From a virus (lineage: Duplodnaviria > Caudoviricetes): a stretch of 58,591 bases of DNA. Made by a program: the position numbers and the translations under genes. Below the pieces are notes generated by a model. The model saw only the letters and a program-made list of their open reading frames with translations. It ran no database searches and was not told the origin of the DNA. The DNA lies in IMG/VR virus record IMGVR_UViG_3300032893_000050, positions 1 through 58,591 of that record; one strand, 5' to 3'. Shown here in pieces: positions 37,299 to 47,305 of the stretch. Within the stretch, counting starts at the first letter, position 1. Each line of letters begins with the position of its first letter.

Positions 37299-38255
37299 TT
37301 GGCACATTTCGCATACCTCACATCACCGGCTGCCCGCGGCGGAACGACGACGCAGTGGCCCGATCAAGGCCAAGTCTATTCCGAGGACTTCGCCTGGTTC
37401 GCTGCGTGTGCGTTCAAGTCCATCAATGGCGACGACGGCGGCACGTGGGCGCCTGGGGCAGCGATCATCATCGGAGGTTCTGGGCTGCAGATTTCTTCGT
37501 CGTCGGCTTTTTTGGTAGCTCACAGCGCAACCATTGGCACCTACGGCGGAAGTGATCAACTAACCAGCAACGGAACCACGTGGCTGCGTGGCGTGGCCAC
37601 ATTCGACGCCGGAGCCCAATTCAACGCGAGCGGCAATGTAACCGTTCTTGGTAACTTCACCGCAGTCGGCGACAATATCACGTTGGGGGATAGCCCCGCT
37701 GATACGTTAGCGGTAAATGCAGGCACATCGTTCAGCGCAGCGGTGTCGTGTACCGACAACTTCACAGTCAACGGCGGCTCGTCAGGATCTCACAAGGCAA
37801 TCACGATTGGCCAATACGTTGACGTGAATTCGCACGGCGTATGGACACACACTGGCAACGCTCTATTGCAGGGAGCAACGACAATTATTCAGCTTAGCGT
37901 ACCTGCCGGCGAAGCTGTTCTAATCGATCCCGAACTTCGCGCCAATGGCGGAATTCGTCAGCCCGTCCAGACCATCACGGCATCCACGACCGTAGTAACG
38001 ACTGGTACCCGATGGGTGATTTGCAATATTGCGGCAGGCGGCTACATCACGCTGCCGTCAGGTCAGCCCATCAACTCGATGATTACGATCAAGAACATCT
38101 CGACTCTGTCAGTTGCGGTGCATTACCCCGGCGGCGGTACAATCTGCCAGCTGCAGGATGCAACCGTCATGGACGCCGATCATCCGCCGCCTCGAGCCGA
38201 TGTCTATTGGGATGGATCAAATTGGCAGATTTTCGACTGGTTCAAGCTGCTCTAG
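37299..38255 (+). CDS. Tail fibre-like protein
   Basis: TTG start after GAGG; INGDDGGTWAP; Gly/Thr beta repeats; ITLPSGQ...ITIKN...WDGSNW. Confidence 0.7.
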   Translation: MAHFAYLTSPAARGGTTTQWPDQGQVYSEDFAWFAACAFKSINGDDGGTWAPGAAIIIGGSGLQISSSSAFLVAHSATIGTYGGSDQLTSNGTTWLRGVATFDAGAQFNASGNVTVLGNFTAVGDNITLGDSPADTLAVNAGTSFSAAVSCTDNFTVNGGSSGSHKAITIGQYVDVNSHGVWTHTGNALLQGATTIIQLSVPAGEAVLIDPELRANGGIRQPVQTITASTTVVTTGTRWVICNIAAGGYITLPSGQPINSMITIKNISTLSVAVHYPGGGTICQLQDATVMDADHPPPRADVYWDGSNWQIFDWFKLL

Positions 38256-38591
38256 CGCGCAGTCGGACAGAACGCCGCAGCTGGCCGCGCAATCCCCGTT
38301 GCCCGCGTCTGGAGCGATGATGCGGACGCGACTTTCGCATGGGTCAATCGTCAGACCGCAAATCTGGTAGTCGTCGCCCATCATGCAATTGAGAGGCTCG
38401 CCACTGATGACCGTGGTCGGGTTGCAGAACGGGTAAACCTGTCGGCACTGGCAGCCCCATTCGCCATCCTTGCACCACGCCTGAGAGCTTTTCGATTCAG
38501 ACTGGGGATCCCAATCTTCCGAGTAGGAAGCAGCGGCAGTCGAGCACCCCATCAGCAGCGTGGCGAAAATCAATGTGGTATAGCGGGTCAT
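38217..38591 (-). CDS. Cys-rich lipoprotein (moron-like)
   Basis: GGAG RBS; signal peptide with lipobox LLMG-C; many Cys. Confidence 0.65.
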   Translation of the reverse strand: MTRYTTLIFATLLMGCSTAAASYSEDWDPQSESKSSQAWCKDGEWGCQCRQVYPFCNPTTVISGEPLNCMMGDDYQICGLTIDPCESRVRIIAPDAGNGDCAASCGVLSDCALEQLEPVENLPI

Positions 38592-38656
38592 AGTAGGTCT
38601 CCTGTCCAGACTTGCTCGGGGTCCGGTGGTTCCAGCCACGCGGACCCGGCTGCTCA

Positions 38657-38980
38657 ATGGTACGTCCAGAACAGAGGATTGCAATAGTGGGCAAATGCGC
38701 AGCGGCGCGATTAGTCGCGCAAGACCAGAAAATCAGGGCGATTCTGCAGATTCTTGCGCCCGGCCCGAAGCTCGCAACCGACCTACCCCGGTACGCGTCC
38801 GAACTTCTGATTGCCAAACAGCAGGGACTCTGCGCGGCCACGTGCGTGCACCGGACCACGTCCAGCAATGCTGGTGAGCACTCCAAGTGGCTATGGCGCA
38901 TCACGCCCGCCGGCAAGCGGTGGCTAGCCGATCATCCCAGTCGCGCACCGGTCATGCATCAGTCCGCTGCTCCAAGTTGA
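38657..38980 (+). CDS. Possible winged-helix protein
   Basis: AILQILAPGP...WRITPAGKRWL. Confidence 0.45.
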   Translation: MVRPEQRIAIVGKCAAARLVAQDQKIRAILQILAPGPKLATDLPRYASELLIAKQQGLCAATCVHRTTSSNAGEHSKWLWRITPAGKRWLADHPSRAPVMHQSAAPS

Positions 38981-39179
38981 GCTGAGCAACGCGACGAATC
39001 GTATCGCGCTCCACTTGGGCGGCGTCTATCTCGCGCTGAACTGACTGGCGTAGGTTCTCGAGCGCGACGGCACGCTGCACCCAACGCTCGCGCCATCGCA
39101 GCTGGACCATGTTCCACGTGAAGCTCAGGGCGAGGGCGCAGACACCGACCCCAGTCAAAACGCCGTAGAAGAACTGCAC
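38952..39179 (-). CDS. Small membrane-anchored coiled-coil protein
   Basis: N-terminal hydrophobic helix. Confidence 0.4.
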   Translation of the reverse strand: MQFFYGVLTGVGVCALALSFTWNMVQLRWRERWVQRAVALENLRQSVQREIDAAQVERDTIRRVAQLNLEQRTDA

Positions 39180-39213
39180 CCCGGAACGCTACCCGCAAGC
39201 AAGGCAACGCGCA

Positions 39214-39402
39214 ATGAACACCTCTGAATACAGGGCCACTCAGGCAGCTTTTGCCGGCAACAACAAGGACTTGGGCATCAAGCAGTCTTGGGGAGGGCAG
39301 CCCGGCGCCACCGACGCCGACGTGATGCCGGACGGCGTCCTGACCGATGAATTCGGCAACTACATGGTCGACCATCAGAGCCGCTGGCAAATCGCTCTCT
39401 AG
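39214..39402 (+). CDS. Small virion-associated hypothetical protein
   Basis: VLTDEFGNYMVD; precedes tailspike. Confidence 0.5.
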   Translation: MNTSEYRATQAAFAGNNKDLGIKQSWGGQPGATDADVMPDGVLTDEFGNYMVDHQSRWQIAL

Positions 39403-39414
39403 AAGGAACTATCA

Positions 39415-41133
39415 ATGACACAACCGATCAGCAGCGTATTCTCGACGCTGAATCGTTATCGTGACGTCCAGTACGTCGCGTCGTCGCCCAGCACCGTTGA
39501 CCCCGCTTCGTGCACGTACGCGGACTTTGACGGAGCAACTGTGGACAAGTTTGCGAACCTGCGTGTCTTGATTCCGAGCGGAGACAACGTCGGCGTCTAT
39601 TCGGTCGACTCGGGCGGGACGTCCCTAACGCTAGACCCGCACTTCGTCTGCTATGAGGGAGCTACCATCAGGTGCCTGGGGTCTGCGGCTCGCCCGACCT
39701 ATCGCCAGATAGCCGCTAACGGATCCGTGACCCCGACATTCGTCATTGTCGGGAATGGGCCTGTGACGGAATTCGGGGCTGATCATACGGGAGCGACCGA
39801 TTCGACGACGGCACTCAACGCAGCGCTCGCCGCGGGTGTTGGGGATCTGCTTCCGGAGAGTCAGTACAAAATCAATGGGACTCTTATCTTGCCGGCCGCC
39901 ACCGTTGTACAGGACGACAGTCGCCGCACGTTTACTGGTATGCGGCACACGCGCCTGCACGGAAGCGGCCACTCACGTGTGACTGTTGCCCCCCGAGGTT
40001 ATCCAACGTGGGGGTATAGCGGGGTGGTTGGTGGGTCGGTTATCAAGCAAACCAGCTCCGAAGCGATCCCTGCAATCAAGGTGAATACTGATGCGACGAG
40101 CGCAACGGGCCACGAGCTGTCGGATTTCGAATTGCTTGGCGCTGGCATTGCTGGATCGACTGGAATAAGCTACTCCGGGGGCGGGGTCAAAGGCAACGAA
40201 ATCATTGAAAATGTGCGCGTTGACAACTTCGGCACGGGCATTGATCTCACCAATTCGATCAACTCGCGCTTGCGAAACGTAGAGGTTGGCGGTTGCGACA
40301 TAGGGATCACGACCGGAGACGGAAGTGCTATCAATTCGCGCACAGAGATAGTCAGCGCGACCTTGGAGCAGTGCGCTACGGGAGCTGTGCTTTCCGGGTT
40401 TGGCGCCGATACCGTGTCGGGTGGACTGGTCGAAAATTGCGGTACCGGGATTGTGGTGCGCCCCGCAGCTAACGTATCCGACCCGCCTATAAAATGCATT
40501 CGCGACACGATGTTCGCCGATACACCAAGAGGCGGCTGCGACGTCGTCATTGACACAACCAGCGGATACTGCAAAGTCGTTGTTGACGGCAACACGACCA
40601 GTGGCGGATTTAAGACCATGGGAGGGTGGCTGTATACTCTAACGCTCGGGCATAACAGTGGTAATCAACATTGGTGCGTGTGCCTATCTCCCCTAAGCTA
40701 CAACACGGTCATTGAGCGTGTCAGTGACCTGTATTGGCTATTTGACTACGGTGTTGGCACTACTGTCATCAATTCAGCGGCGCGCCGGGCGCCAGCGTTG
40801 TACCTCGACGCCGACAACATTGTTGACGGCGGCGGAGGAAGCGCATCTTCGTGGGCGGCGTCGCAAGGTTCCGCCGGAACTGTGGCGGTGTACACGGCAG
40901 CCAAAACATCGACTACCGTGTGGGGTGGTGGCAAACGTACGGCGGATTTCGACACGGGCTATCACGGGTGGCAAATCACCAGCGGCACCACGGGCCTCAA
41001 CGGAGTCAATGCGCCTTTTATGTTTTTGATGTCGCAACACAATTTGCCGTCAACATTTTGGATATGTGGAAAAAAGCGGACTAACAATGACCTACGATCC
41101 GGAATTCACCACCAATCGCGATGCGCTGTTTAG
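39415..41133 (+). CDS. Tailspike / depolymerase (pectate-lyase-like beta-helix), C-terminus probably truncated
   Basis: VTEFGADHTGATDSTTALNAAL; parallel beta-helix repeats. Confidence 0.8.
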   Translation: MTQPISSVFSTLNRYRDVQYVASSPSTVDPASCTYADFDGATVDKFANLRVLIPSGDNVGVYSVDSGGTSLTLDPHFVCYEGATIRCLGSAARPTYRQIAANGSVTPTFVIVGNGPVTEFGADHTGATDSTTALNAALAAGVGDLLPESQYKINGTLILPAATVVQDDSRRTFTGMRHTRLHGSGHSRVTVAPRGYPTWGYSGVVGGSVIKQTSSEAIPAIKVNTDATSATGHELSDFELLGAGIAGSTGISYSGGGVKGNEIIENVRVDNFGTGIDLTNSINSRLRNVEVGGCDIGITTGDGSAINSRTEIVSATLEQCATGAVLSGFGADTVSGGLVENCGTGIVVRPAANVSDPPIKCIRDTMFADTPRGGCDVVIDTTSGYCKVVVDGNTTSGGFKTMGGWLYTLTLGHNSGNQHWCVCLSPLSYNTVIERVSDLYWLFDYGVGTTVINSAARRAPALYLDADNIVDGGGGSASSWAASQGSAGTVAVYTAAKTSTTVWGGGKRTADFDTGYHGWQITSGTTGLNGVNAPFMFLMSQHNLPSTFWICGKKRTNNDLRSGIHHQSRCAV

Positions 41134-41800
41134 TGTGTTGCCGCCGTGGCTTCGCAATTTCTGGGGCGCGCGTCTACTCTATGCGATCACAATCCAGGTG
41201 GATGCGCTGGAAGAGATGGTGAAGCAAGCGGTCTTGGCGAGATTTCCCGGCTTCAACGCAAGTGCACTTCCAGACCTTTGCCGTGCACGTGCGATCATCC
41301 GCGGACCGCACGAAACTGAAGCGCAGATTACGCGGCGCCTGATAGAGTGGCTCGAGATCCATCGTCTCGACGGCCATCCTGGTGGCATTCTGCAACAGTT
41401 GCTTGCGAACTTCTCGCCGTGGTCGTTGCACATGCGCGTCGTATTTGCAAATGGTAACTACTTCGATTCAGACGCGGCAATCACTCGTGCTCAACCTTGC
41501 GGAGGCCGAACGCTGGGCAGGGCAAATCACGCAATTCCACTCGGAGATCACCTAATGCGTATCAAAATCAAATACGTCCCGGTCTACGTGTTGAGCGACG
41601 CGGAAGGTACACTCGCCGTATTGCGGACACCTTCACATGCGCGCAGTCTGCAAGCTGACTTTCCTGGGTCCACATTCGAGCGGCAGCACTACGTCGAGCC
41701 ATCGTGGGAGTCGGCAATCCCCGATGGTCCCAAAATGATTTCGAATGTCTCGGATCGGGTTCGAACATTTCTTCAAACACGTCTGGAGGGGCAGGCGTGA
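41087..41800 (+). CDS. Orphan baseplate-wedge-like fragment in frame with a small ORF (internal ATG at 41555)
   Basis: LPPWL, ALPDLCRARAIIRGPHETEAQITRRL; GGAG before 41555. Confidence 0.5.
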   Translation: MTYDPEFTTNRDALFSVLPPWLRNFWGARLLYAITIQVDALEEMVKQAVLARFPGFNASALPDLCRARAIIRGPHETEAQITRRLIEWLEIHRLDGHPGGILQQLLANFSPWSLHMRVVFANGNYFDSDAAITRAQPCGGRTLGRANHAIPLGDHLMRIKIKYVPVYVLSDAEGTLAVLRTPSHARSLQADFPGSTFERQHYVEPSWESAIPDGPKMISNVSDRVRTFLQTRLEGQA

Positions 41801-42087
41801 AACTTAACACACCCACTCGCTGGCTGCTTTGCCGGTGACCGTGACGGGTTCGGCACCGAACAACAACACTATGCGGATAGGGATTACCGGACCCGGCGGT
41901 TCCATCCAATGGACCACAAAGGCCGTCATTTGGGCCAACTAAACGATCTGTCGCTAGTCGCTTAACCACAATCACACAAGTCATCTGCTCCGCTGAATCT
42001 TAGGCAACGGCGGAGCGAACGTGCGTCGTAGAAACTTTTGGCGGCCGGCGCGACGCTGGTATGCCCACAACTCTGAAAGGAACCATC

Positions 42088-42657
42088 ATGCAATTACATG
42101 ACATCGTACACAGCAAGGCGAATCCGCGGGTCAACATGACCATTTGCGGTTTCGCAACACGCGAGCAACTGATCGCCAACACGCATCAGAAGTATGCTCT
42201 ACACATTGCCCATTTTCGGGGCAGCATCCCACCTGAACTCGAGGATGACTTTGGTGACAAGGCACCGTCGGATGACGCGGTGTTTTGCGTCTTTCACGAG
42301 CCTGATGAGAATCATCCGCGGCGCGTAGCGTCACGCGAGAAGGCTGACAAGGCTGTCGCGGCTGCTCACGCTGGCGACGCTTGGAAGAATCACCCAGTGA
42401 TGACTGGAGTTAACCATGTTCGATCGGGTGTGTTACCGCTTGTCGATCACACTACTCCCGAAGGGGCACTCGCTATTGCGGAAGGTCGCGCGCTTGCTGC
42501 TGATGCGCATCTAGCGTGTTTCGGCTACGCAAAAGACGTCGTCAAGATGAGCGACGCAGAAATCAAAAAGTGCGCGCTGGCTTTCATCCACGCGAGCCAC
42601 ACGCGTGATGGCTATATTCATGCTTGGTTCAAGCGCGAAGAACTGGTGGAGGGCTAA
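42088..42657 (+). CDS. Hypothetical protein (YodC-like termini)
   Basis: AAAGGA RBS; LHDIVHSK..PRVNMTI...VFCVF...WFKREEL. Confidence 0.6.
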   Translation: MQLHDIVHSKANPRVNMTICGFATREQLIANTHQKYALHIAHFRGSIPPELEDDFGDKAPSDDAVFCVFHEPDENHPRRVASREKADKAVAAAHAGDAWKNHPVMTGVNHVRSGVLPLVDHTTPEGALAIAEGRALAADAHLACFGYAKDVVKMSDAEIKKCALAFIHASHTRDGYIHAWFKREELVEG

Positions 42658-42659
42658 TC

Positions 42660-43055
42660 ATGGCATTTGCAAAAACTACAGCTGGACAGGTTGCATGTCT
42701 AACGCAGGTAACCGCTAACTCATATGGTGGTTTTGCTGGGGCTCTTGGTGGCACGAGCGGTGGTGGGCTGATCAAGGGTTACACGACTGGACTCGGTACA
42801 TTGCTGACTACGTGGACGCTTCCCGCGTGTACGGCTACGTCCAATGCGTACGCGATGACGGGAACTCCACCGGTAGCAACGCCAGGAAACAACGGTGTCA
42901 TGGCTGCGTATACTGTCTGCACCTCAGGCGGTACTTCGCTCGGCCAAGGGACAGTGACAGCAACTGGTGGCGGCGGAGACATGACGTTGAACAACACGAC
43001 TGTCGCGACGACATCAAACGTCACTTTGTCAACGTGGAGCCACACGGAAAACTAA
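42660..43055 (+). CDS. Virion structural protein
   Basis: QGTVTATGGGGDMTLNNTTV. Confidence 0.7.
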   Translation: MAFAKTTAGQVACLTQVTANSYGGFAGALGGTSGGGLIKGYTTGLGTLLTTWTLPACTATSNAYAMTGTPPVATPGNNGVMAAYTVCTSGGTSLGQGTVTATGGGGDMTLNNTTVATTSNVTLSTWSHTEN

Positions 43056-43058
43056 CCA

Positions 43059-43472
43059 ATGACTGCGGTAGCGCTAAATTACTTCACCGACTTTAAGCTG
43101 CAGTTGTGGCTCGGCAAGCACAATTTCAACACCAATACGTTCAAGCTACTGCTGACGAATGGCGCACCGTCAGCAGCTTGGACGGCCATTTCACAGGCGA
43201 CTGAGATTACCGCTGAACACGGCTATCCATCGGCAGGGATCTCGCTCACGACTTCGGCGACAGCGAGTGGATTTGTAATAGTTAGCTACACTCTGACTGC
43301 GTCAGGAGGCACAATAGGTCCGTTTCAATACTCGATCATCTATAATTCAAGCGTCGGCGATTCAAACAACCTAGTTGGTTGGCTTGACTATGGTTCCGCT
43401 ATCACGATGCAGGACACTCAAACAAACCTGTGGGATTTCCCGGCAACTCTGATTTCACCAACCTGGTCCTAG
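43059..43472 (+). CDS. Virion structural protein
   Basis: TFKLLLTN, EITAEHGY, TASGGTIGPFQY, LVGWLDYG. Confidence 0.75.
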   Translation: MTAVALNYFTDFKLQLWLGKHNFNTNTFKLLLTNGAPSAAWTAISQATEITAEHGYPSAGISLTTSATASGFVIVSYTLTASGGTIGPFQYSIIYNSSVGDSNNLVGWLDYGSAITMQDTQTNLWDFPATLISPTWS

Positions 43473-43475
43473 TCG

Positions 43476-46400
43476 ATGGGCATCAATGTCACCAATATTA
43501 CCGCAGCGCTTGCGAACACGAACATACCGTTCGGTGCGCCCGCTGGGATCATCGTTCGCGACTCTGTTACGGGTGACTTCCTTTATCCACTTCTATCCAC
43601 TAGTGCAGTTAACTTATGGACAAACACCGATGGAGCAAGTCAGCCGTCGAAGTTAGCCAGTTCTAACATCACTGCGTCTGACGGACCATTTTGTATGGTC
43701 CAGGACACGGTCAATGACCGCATACACATGTGCTCCTACTACGGTGGAGCAATGGCTTACTACCGTCTGGCGCTAACGCGTTCCGGTGGTCATGTCACTG
43801 GATGGACCGTCGAGGCAAACGGCATCGCATTTCCAGCGGTCCCAAGCTCGCTTAGCGATGCTCGCGTTTGGCAAGTCGTTATCATGCCAGATGGCAATGG
43901 CACGAGGCAACTCGTATTCGTTGGTACCGATGGCAGCGACACAGGCAATTGGCGATATACGATTTGCACAGCAGCGTTGACGGTTTCGGCGACAAGCGGT
44001 TTCAAGTCGCTCGCCGGCACAGCCAATACGTGGTCAGTCGGCACGACTCATACGGATGGGACATTTGCTTCATATGGCTATCATGCGCAGGTCCAGCCAA
44101 TCGGATCCGCTGGCAATTTGGTTGTGTTGTGGGGCGCGCAGGGTCTGGGAGATCAGACTAGTTATGTTGCTCCAGTACGAGCCCAGATCTGGACGGCAAG
44201 CGGAGCGACATGGTCAGCGGGTGGCGAATCAACAGTAGTTACCGGTTCAACTCAGTCGTTTTTGGGGACGTCATGCTCGCTTAATGGCAATGCGTATTTT
44301 GCCACGTCGTACAATGCTGCGCTTCCCGGCGTAGGCAGTCTCTACATTACTAAGGTTGACAGCTCAGGAACCATCACACAGAGCATCACGGGTGCGCTGA
44401 GTTTTGGCACCTCGATCGACGGCTGGGAACCCATGATGGGCCTGCACGTCACGACAGATGAAAAGGTCATCCTGATTTGTTGCCCGCGTCAATATAGCGC
44501 GATGACGGTGCGTTGCTGTAGCTGGGATGGCGCTAGCTGGACCTCACAATCACTTGTGGGTGGGACAACGGCAAAGTTGGCGCTGTGGACCTCGGGTAGG
44601 AGCTGGGGTGACACAGGAATTGCGATTGCGGTAGGGAATAATACTGGTTCCCCTCCATATTCGGCTTATTTCGCATCCGCATGGTGGACGGCAGACGCAA
44701 CCTATGTTTGGACCGATAGCGCTAAAACCCTTACTCTCACTACCGGATCGACTAACTGGGTTTGGAGCGGTGCAGCGCCGTCCATTTCGGGCAACACCGC
44801 CGGTAACGCAAGTGGCAGCACCGACGTCACAACGCTGAGTGTCAACATTGGAAGCCCGACAAATGGTGAGCGCGTTGTGCTGTGTCTGGTCAAGCGCGGC
44901 ACCGCCGCATTTACGGCTACTCCAGACGGGTGGACCGCGGTTGATTCGTTGCGCGCTAACGGTACCACAGATAGTACCTGCTGCTACTATCGAGATTGCG
45001 ACGGCACCGAGGGGGCTACAGTCAGTTTCACGGTTGCATCGGCGATCTCATTTGCGGCCAAGACTTGGCGCATCGCGGCTGGTACTTTTGATCGGTATTC
45101 ACCTCCAGCAATCGCGGTACATCAAGTCACGAGCGCGGCATCGAATAACAATCCTTCAGCGGTAACGCCCGGGTGGGGCAGCGGAAACGACCTGTTTTTG
45201 TGCTGGGTTGGTTGCAACGGAAACGCGACAATCACCGGAAGCCCGACGAACTATTCGACGATCGGCTCAGTGCGATCGACAACGAGCACAAGCGCAAACC
45301 GGCAAGCGTGTGGCTACTGCTATCGTACGGCGCTCACGACGACGGAAGATCCGAGCGCGTTTACCAACTCATCATGCATCTCGACCGCATACACGATTGC
45401 AATCGCTCCGCTGAATATCGGTGTTGCAAGTTCCGCGACTTGCGCGCAGGTGAGTAGTGGGGTCGCAACTGAGTCGGCGACTGGTACATCTGCTGGCAAT
45501 GCTACGAGCGGAGATTGCTCCGAGGTTGGCGGCACGGCTGCGACTGAGTCAGCAACTGGATCTCAGGTTGGGACCGCGGATTGTTCAGAAACGGCCACCT
45601 CCGCGGCAACTGAAGCTGCGACCGCGACGCAAACTCAATCAACAGATTGCTCTGAGCAGTCAACAGGAGTTGCGGCTGAGTCGAGCACAGCAACACAGAG
45701 CCTGTCCGCGTCATGCTCCGAGACCGCCAGCGCTGCTGCCACTGAGTCTGCAACTGCAACTCAGACGGGCACCGCCGATTGTGCGGACACGTCGAGCGCA
45801 GCGGCAACCGAGGCCGCAACCGGTACACAGTCACAATCAGCCGATTGCTCCGAGATCGCGTCAGCTGCAGCCATCGAGGCCGCCACCGCGAACAATCCCA
45901 TTGCGACCACGGCAGTTTGCGCGCAGTCATCGTCAGCAGCGGCAACCGAAGCATCGACACTGACGCAGGCGCCGCAGGCAGCCTCGTGCGCTGAGACGGC
46001 GAGCACGGCGGCCACGCAGGCAGCAATAGCATCTCAGACGCTCACCGCACAGTGCATACAGCAGTCGGTCGGCATTGCAACCGAGGCTGCTATTGGGGAC
46101 AACGCAGGCACGTTCGCGACAACGGCCGCGTGCTCTGAGCAGGGATCTGCTAACTCCACCGAATCGGCGGCGGCAACCCAACAGAATCAGGGTACATGCT
46201 CACAATCGTCGAGTGCTGCTGCTGCCGAGTCTGGCACTGCAACACAATCAGCCATCGCGCAGTGCAGTGAGGTGGCCGCGACCGCTGCGACCGAAAGCGC
46301 ATCCGGGACCAATCCGGTAGCTACTACCGCCGCATGCATGCAGCAATCGTCGGGCATTACGATCGAGAGTTGCACCGGTATCGGGTACAATGCGGCATCG

Positions 46401-46979
46401 TGCGCGCAATCCAGTTCCGCGATCGCTACCGAATCAGCAACGTCGACGCAGTCGGTGACCGCTGACTGCGATCAGGATTCCTCGGGCGGCGCTACTGAGC
46501 TGTCCACCGCAGTCAACGTCGGAACCTATGCGACGGTTGCATATTGCTCACAACAGGGCGCCCCCAATTCAGTGGAATCGAGTAGTGGCAGCCAGTCGGC
46601 GTTTGCTAACTGTGACGCGCAGTCAAGCGCCAATGCTACTGAGCACGGACAAGCGCTGCAGAGCATTTCGGCGCAATGCATCGAGCAAGCCGTCGAGATG
46701 GCAACCGAATTTGCCACGGCACTCTCTAACCTGGCAGCCACCGCATCGTGTGACGAGCGTGCCCGAGATCTAGCAACAGAGTTGGCCTCAGCTTGGCAGA
46801 TGACATTTGCTGATTGTTCCGAGGAATCAAGCGCATTCGCGACGGAAAGCGGCATATGGCTCAATGCTTTGCCCATGATGACGGATGTGTTGTTTTCGCT
46901 TCAGGCGACCGCGCAAATGCAGCTGTCTCTCGACGCTTTCGGTAAACTCCGAATGTCACTCACAGCGAGGCAAGCATGA
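43476..46979 (+). CDS. Large fibre/adhesin-like virion protein with C-terminal Cys-periodic repeats
   Basis: 1167 aa, Ser/Thr/Ala-rich; about 21 repeats C-x-[EQ]-x5-A-T-E. Confidence 0.75.
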   Translation: MGINVTNITAALANTNIPFGAPAGIIVRDSVTGDFLYPLLSTSAVNLWTNTDGASQPSKLASSNITASDGPFCMVQDTVNDRIHMCSYYGGAMAYYRLALTRSGGHVTGWTVEANGIAFPAVPSSLSDARVWQVVIMPDGNGTRQLVFVGTDGSDTGNWRYTICTAALTVSATSGFKSLAGTANTWSVGTTHTDGTFASYGYHAQVQPIGSAGNLVVLWGAQGLGDQTSYVAPVRAQIWTASGATWSAGGESTVVTGSTQSFLGTSCSLNGNAYFATSYNAALPGVGSLYITKVDSSGTITQSITGALSFGTSIDGWEPMMGLHVTTDEKVILICCPRQYSAMTVRCCSWDGASWTSQSLVGGTTAKLALWTSGRSWGDTGIAIAVGNNTGSPPYSAYFASAWWTADATYVWTDSAKTLTLTTGSTNWVWSGAAPSISGNTAGNASGSTDVTTLSVNIGSPTNGERVVLCLVKRGTAAFTATPDGWTAVDSLRANGTTDSTCCYYRDCDGTEGATVSFTVASAISFAAKTWRIAAGTFDRYSPPAIAVHQVTSAASNNNPSAVTPGWGSGNDLFLCWVGCNGNATITGSPTNYSTIGSVRSTTSTSANRQACGYCYRTALTTTEDPSAFTNSSCISTAYTIAIAPLNIGVASSATCAQVSSGVATESATGTSAGNATSGDCSEVGGTAATESATGSQVGTADCSETATSAATEAATATQTQSTDCSEQSTGVAAESSTATQSLSASCSETASAAATESATATQTGTADCADTSSAAATEAATGTQSQSADCSEIASAAAIEAATANNPIATTAVCAQSSSAAATEASTLTQAPQAASCAETASTAATQAAIASQTLTAQCIQQSVGIATEAAIGDNAGTFATTAACSEQGSANSTESAAATQQNQGTCSQSSSAAAAESGTATQSAIAQCSEVAATAATESASGTNPVATTAACMQQSSGITIESCTGIGYNAASCAQSSSAIATESATSTQSVTADCDQDSSGGATELSTAVNVGTYATVAYCSQQGAPNSVESSSGSQSAFANCDAQSSANATEHGQALQSISAQCIEQAVEMATEFATALSNLAATASCDERARDLATELASAWQMTFADCSEESSAFATESGIWLNALPMMTDVLFSLQATAQMQLSLDAFGKLRMSLTARQA

Positions 46980-47275
46980 GCTTTAAGCAGTATTCCGATG
47001 TTGTGTTGTCGAATAAGGCGAACGAACCAGTTCAGGATCTGGACGGCAATCTATTCGATGGAACGGCAAAGCTTTACCTAGCGATGGACAGCGAAGATTT
47101 TTCCAAGGTGTTACCCGTCGATGTGCTGGTATCAGCAGGACTTTGGTCCTATAAGTATTATGCTGATACCAAGGGACTGCTTTGCGGAGAAATTCGAGCC
47201 GAGGGAGCAACGCACGGCTCATCTGGAATTCGCAAATGGATAATAGAACCAAGCCCATTTCCGGGGCCAATTTGA
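46976..47275 (+). CDS. Hypothetical protein
   Basis: ATGA overlap with fibre gene. Confidence 0.6.
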   Translation: MSFKQYSDVVLSNKANEPVQDLDGNLFDGTAKLYLAMDSEDFSKVLPVDVLVSAGLWSYKYYADTKGLLCGEIRAEGATHGSSGIRKWIIEPSPFPGPI

Positions 47276-47305
47276 CAATGCCAGACTTAGGGCAGAATTG
47301 GACAG

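Noticed and set aside
41011-41030. Programmed frameshift in the tailspike T-runs
   Set aside because: No in-frame X XXY YYZ heptamer; a deletion junction explains it better
37299-46979. Diversity-generating retroelement or invertible fibre cassette
   Set aside because: No reverse transcriptase or invertase, and no template/variable repeat pair noticed
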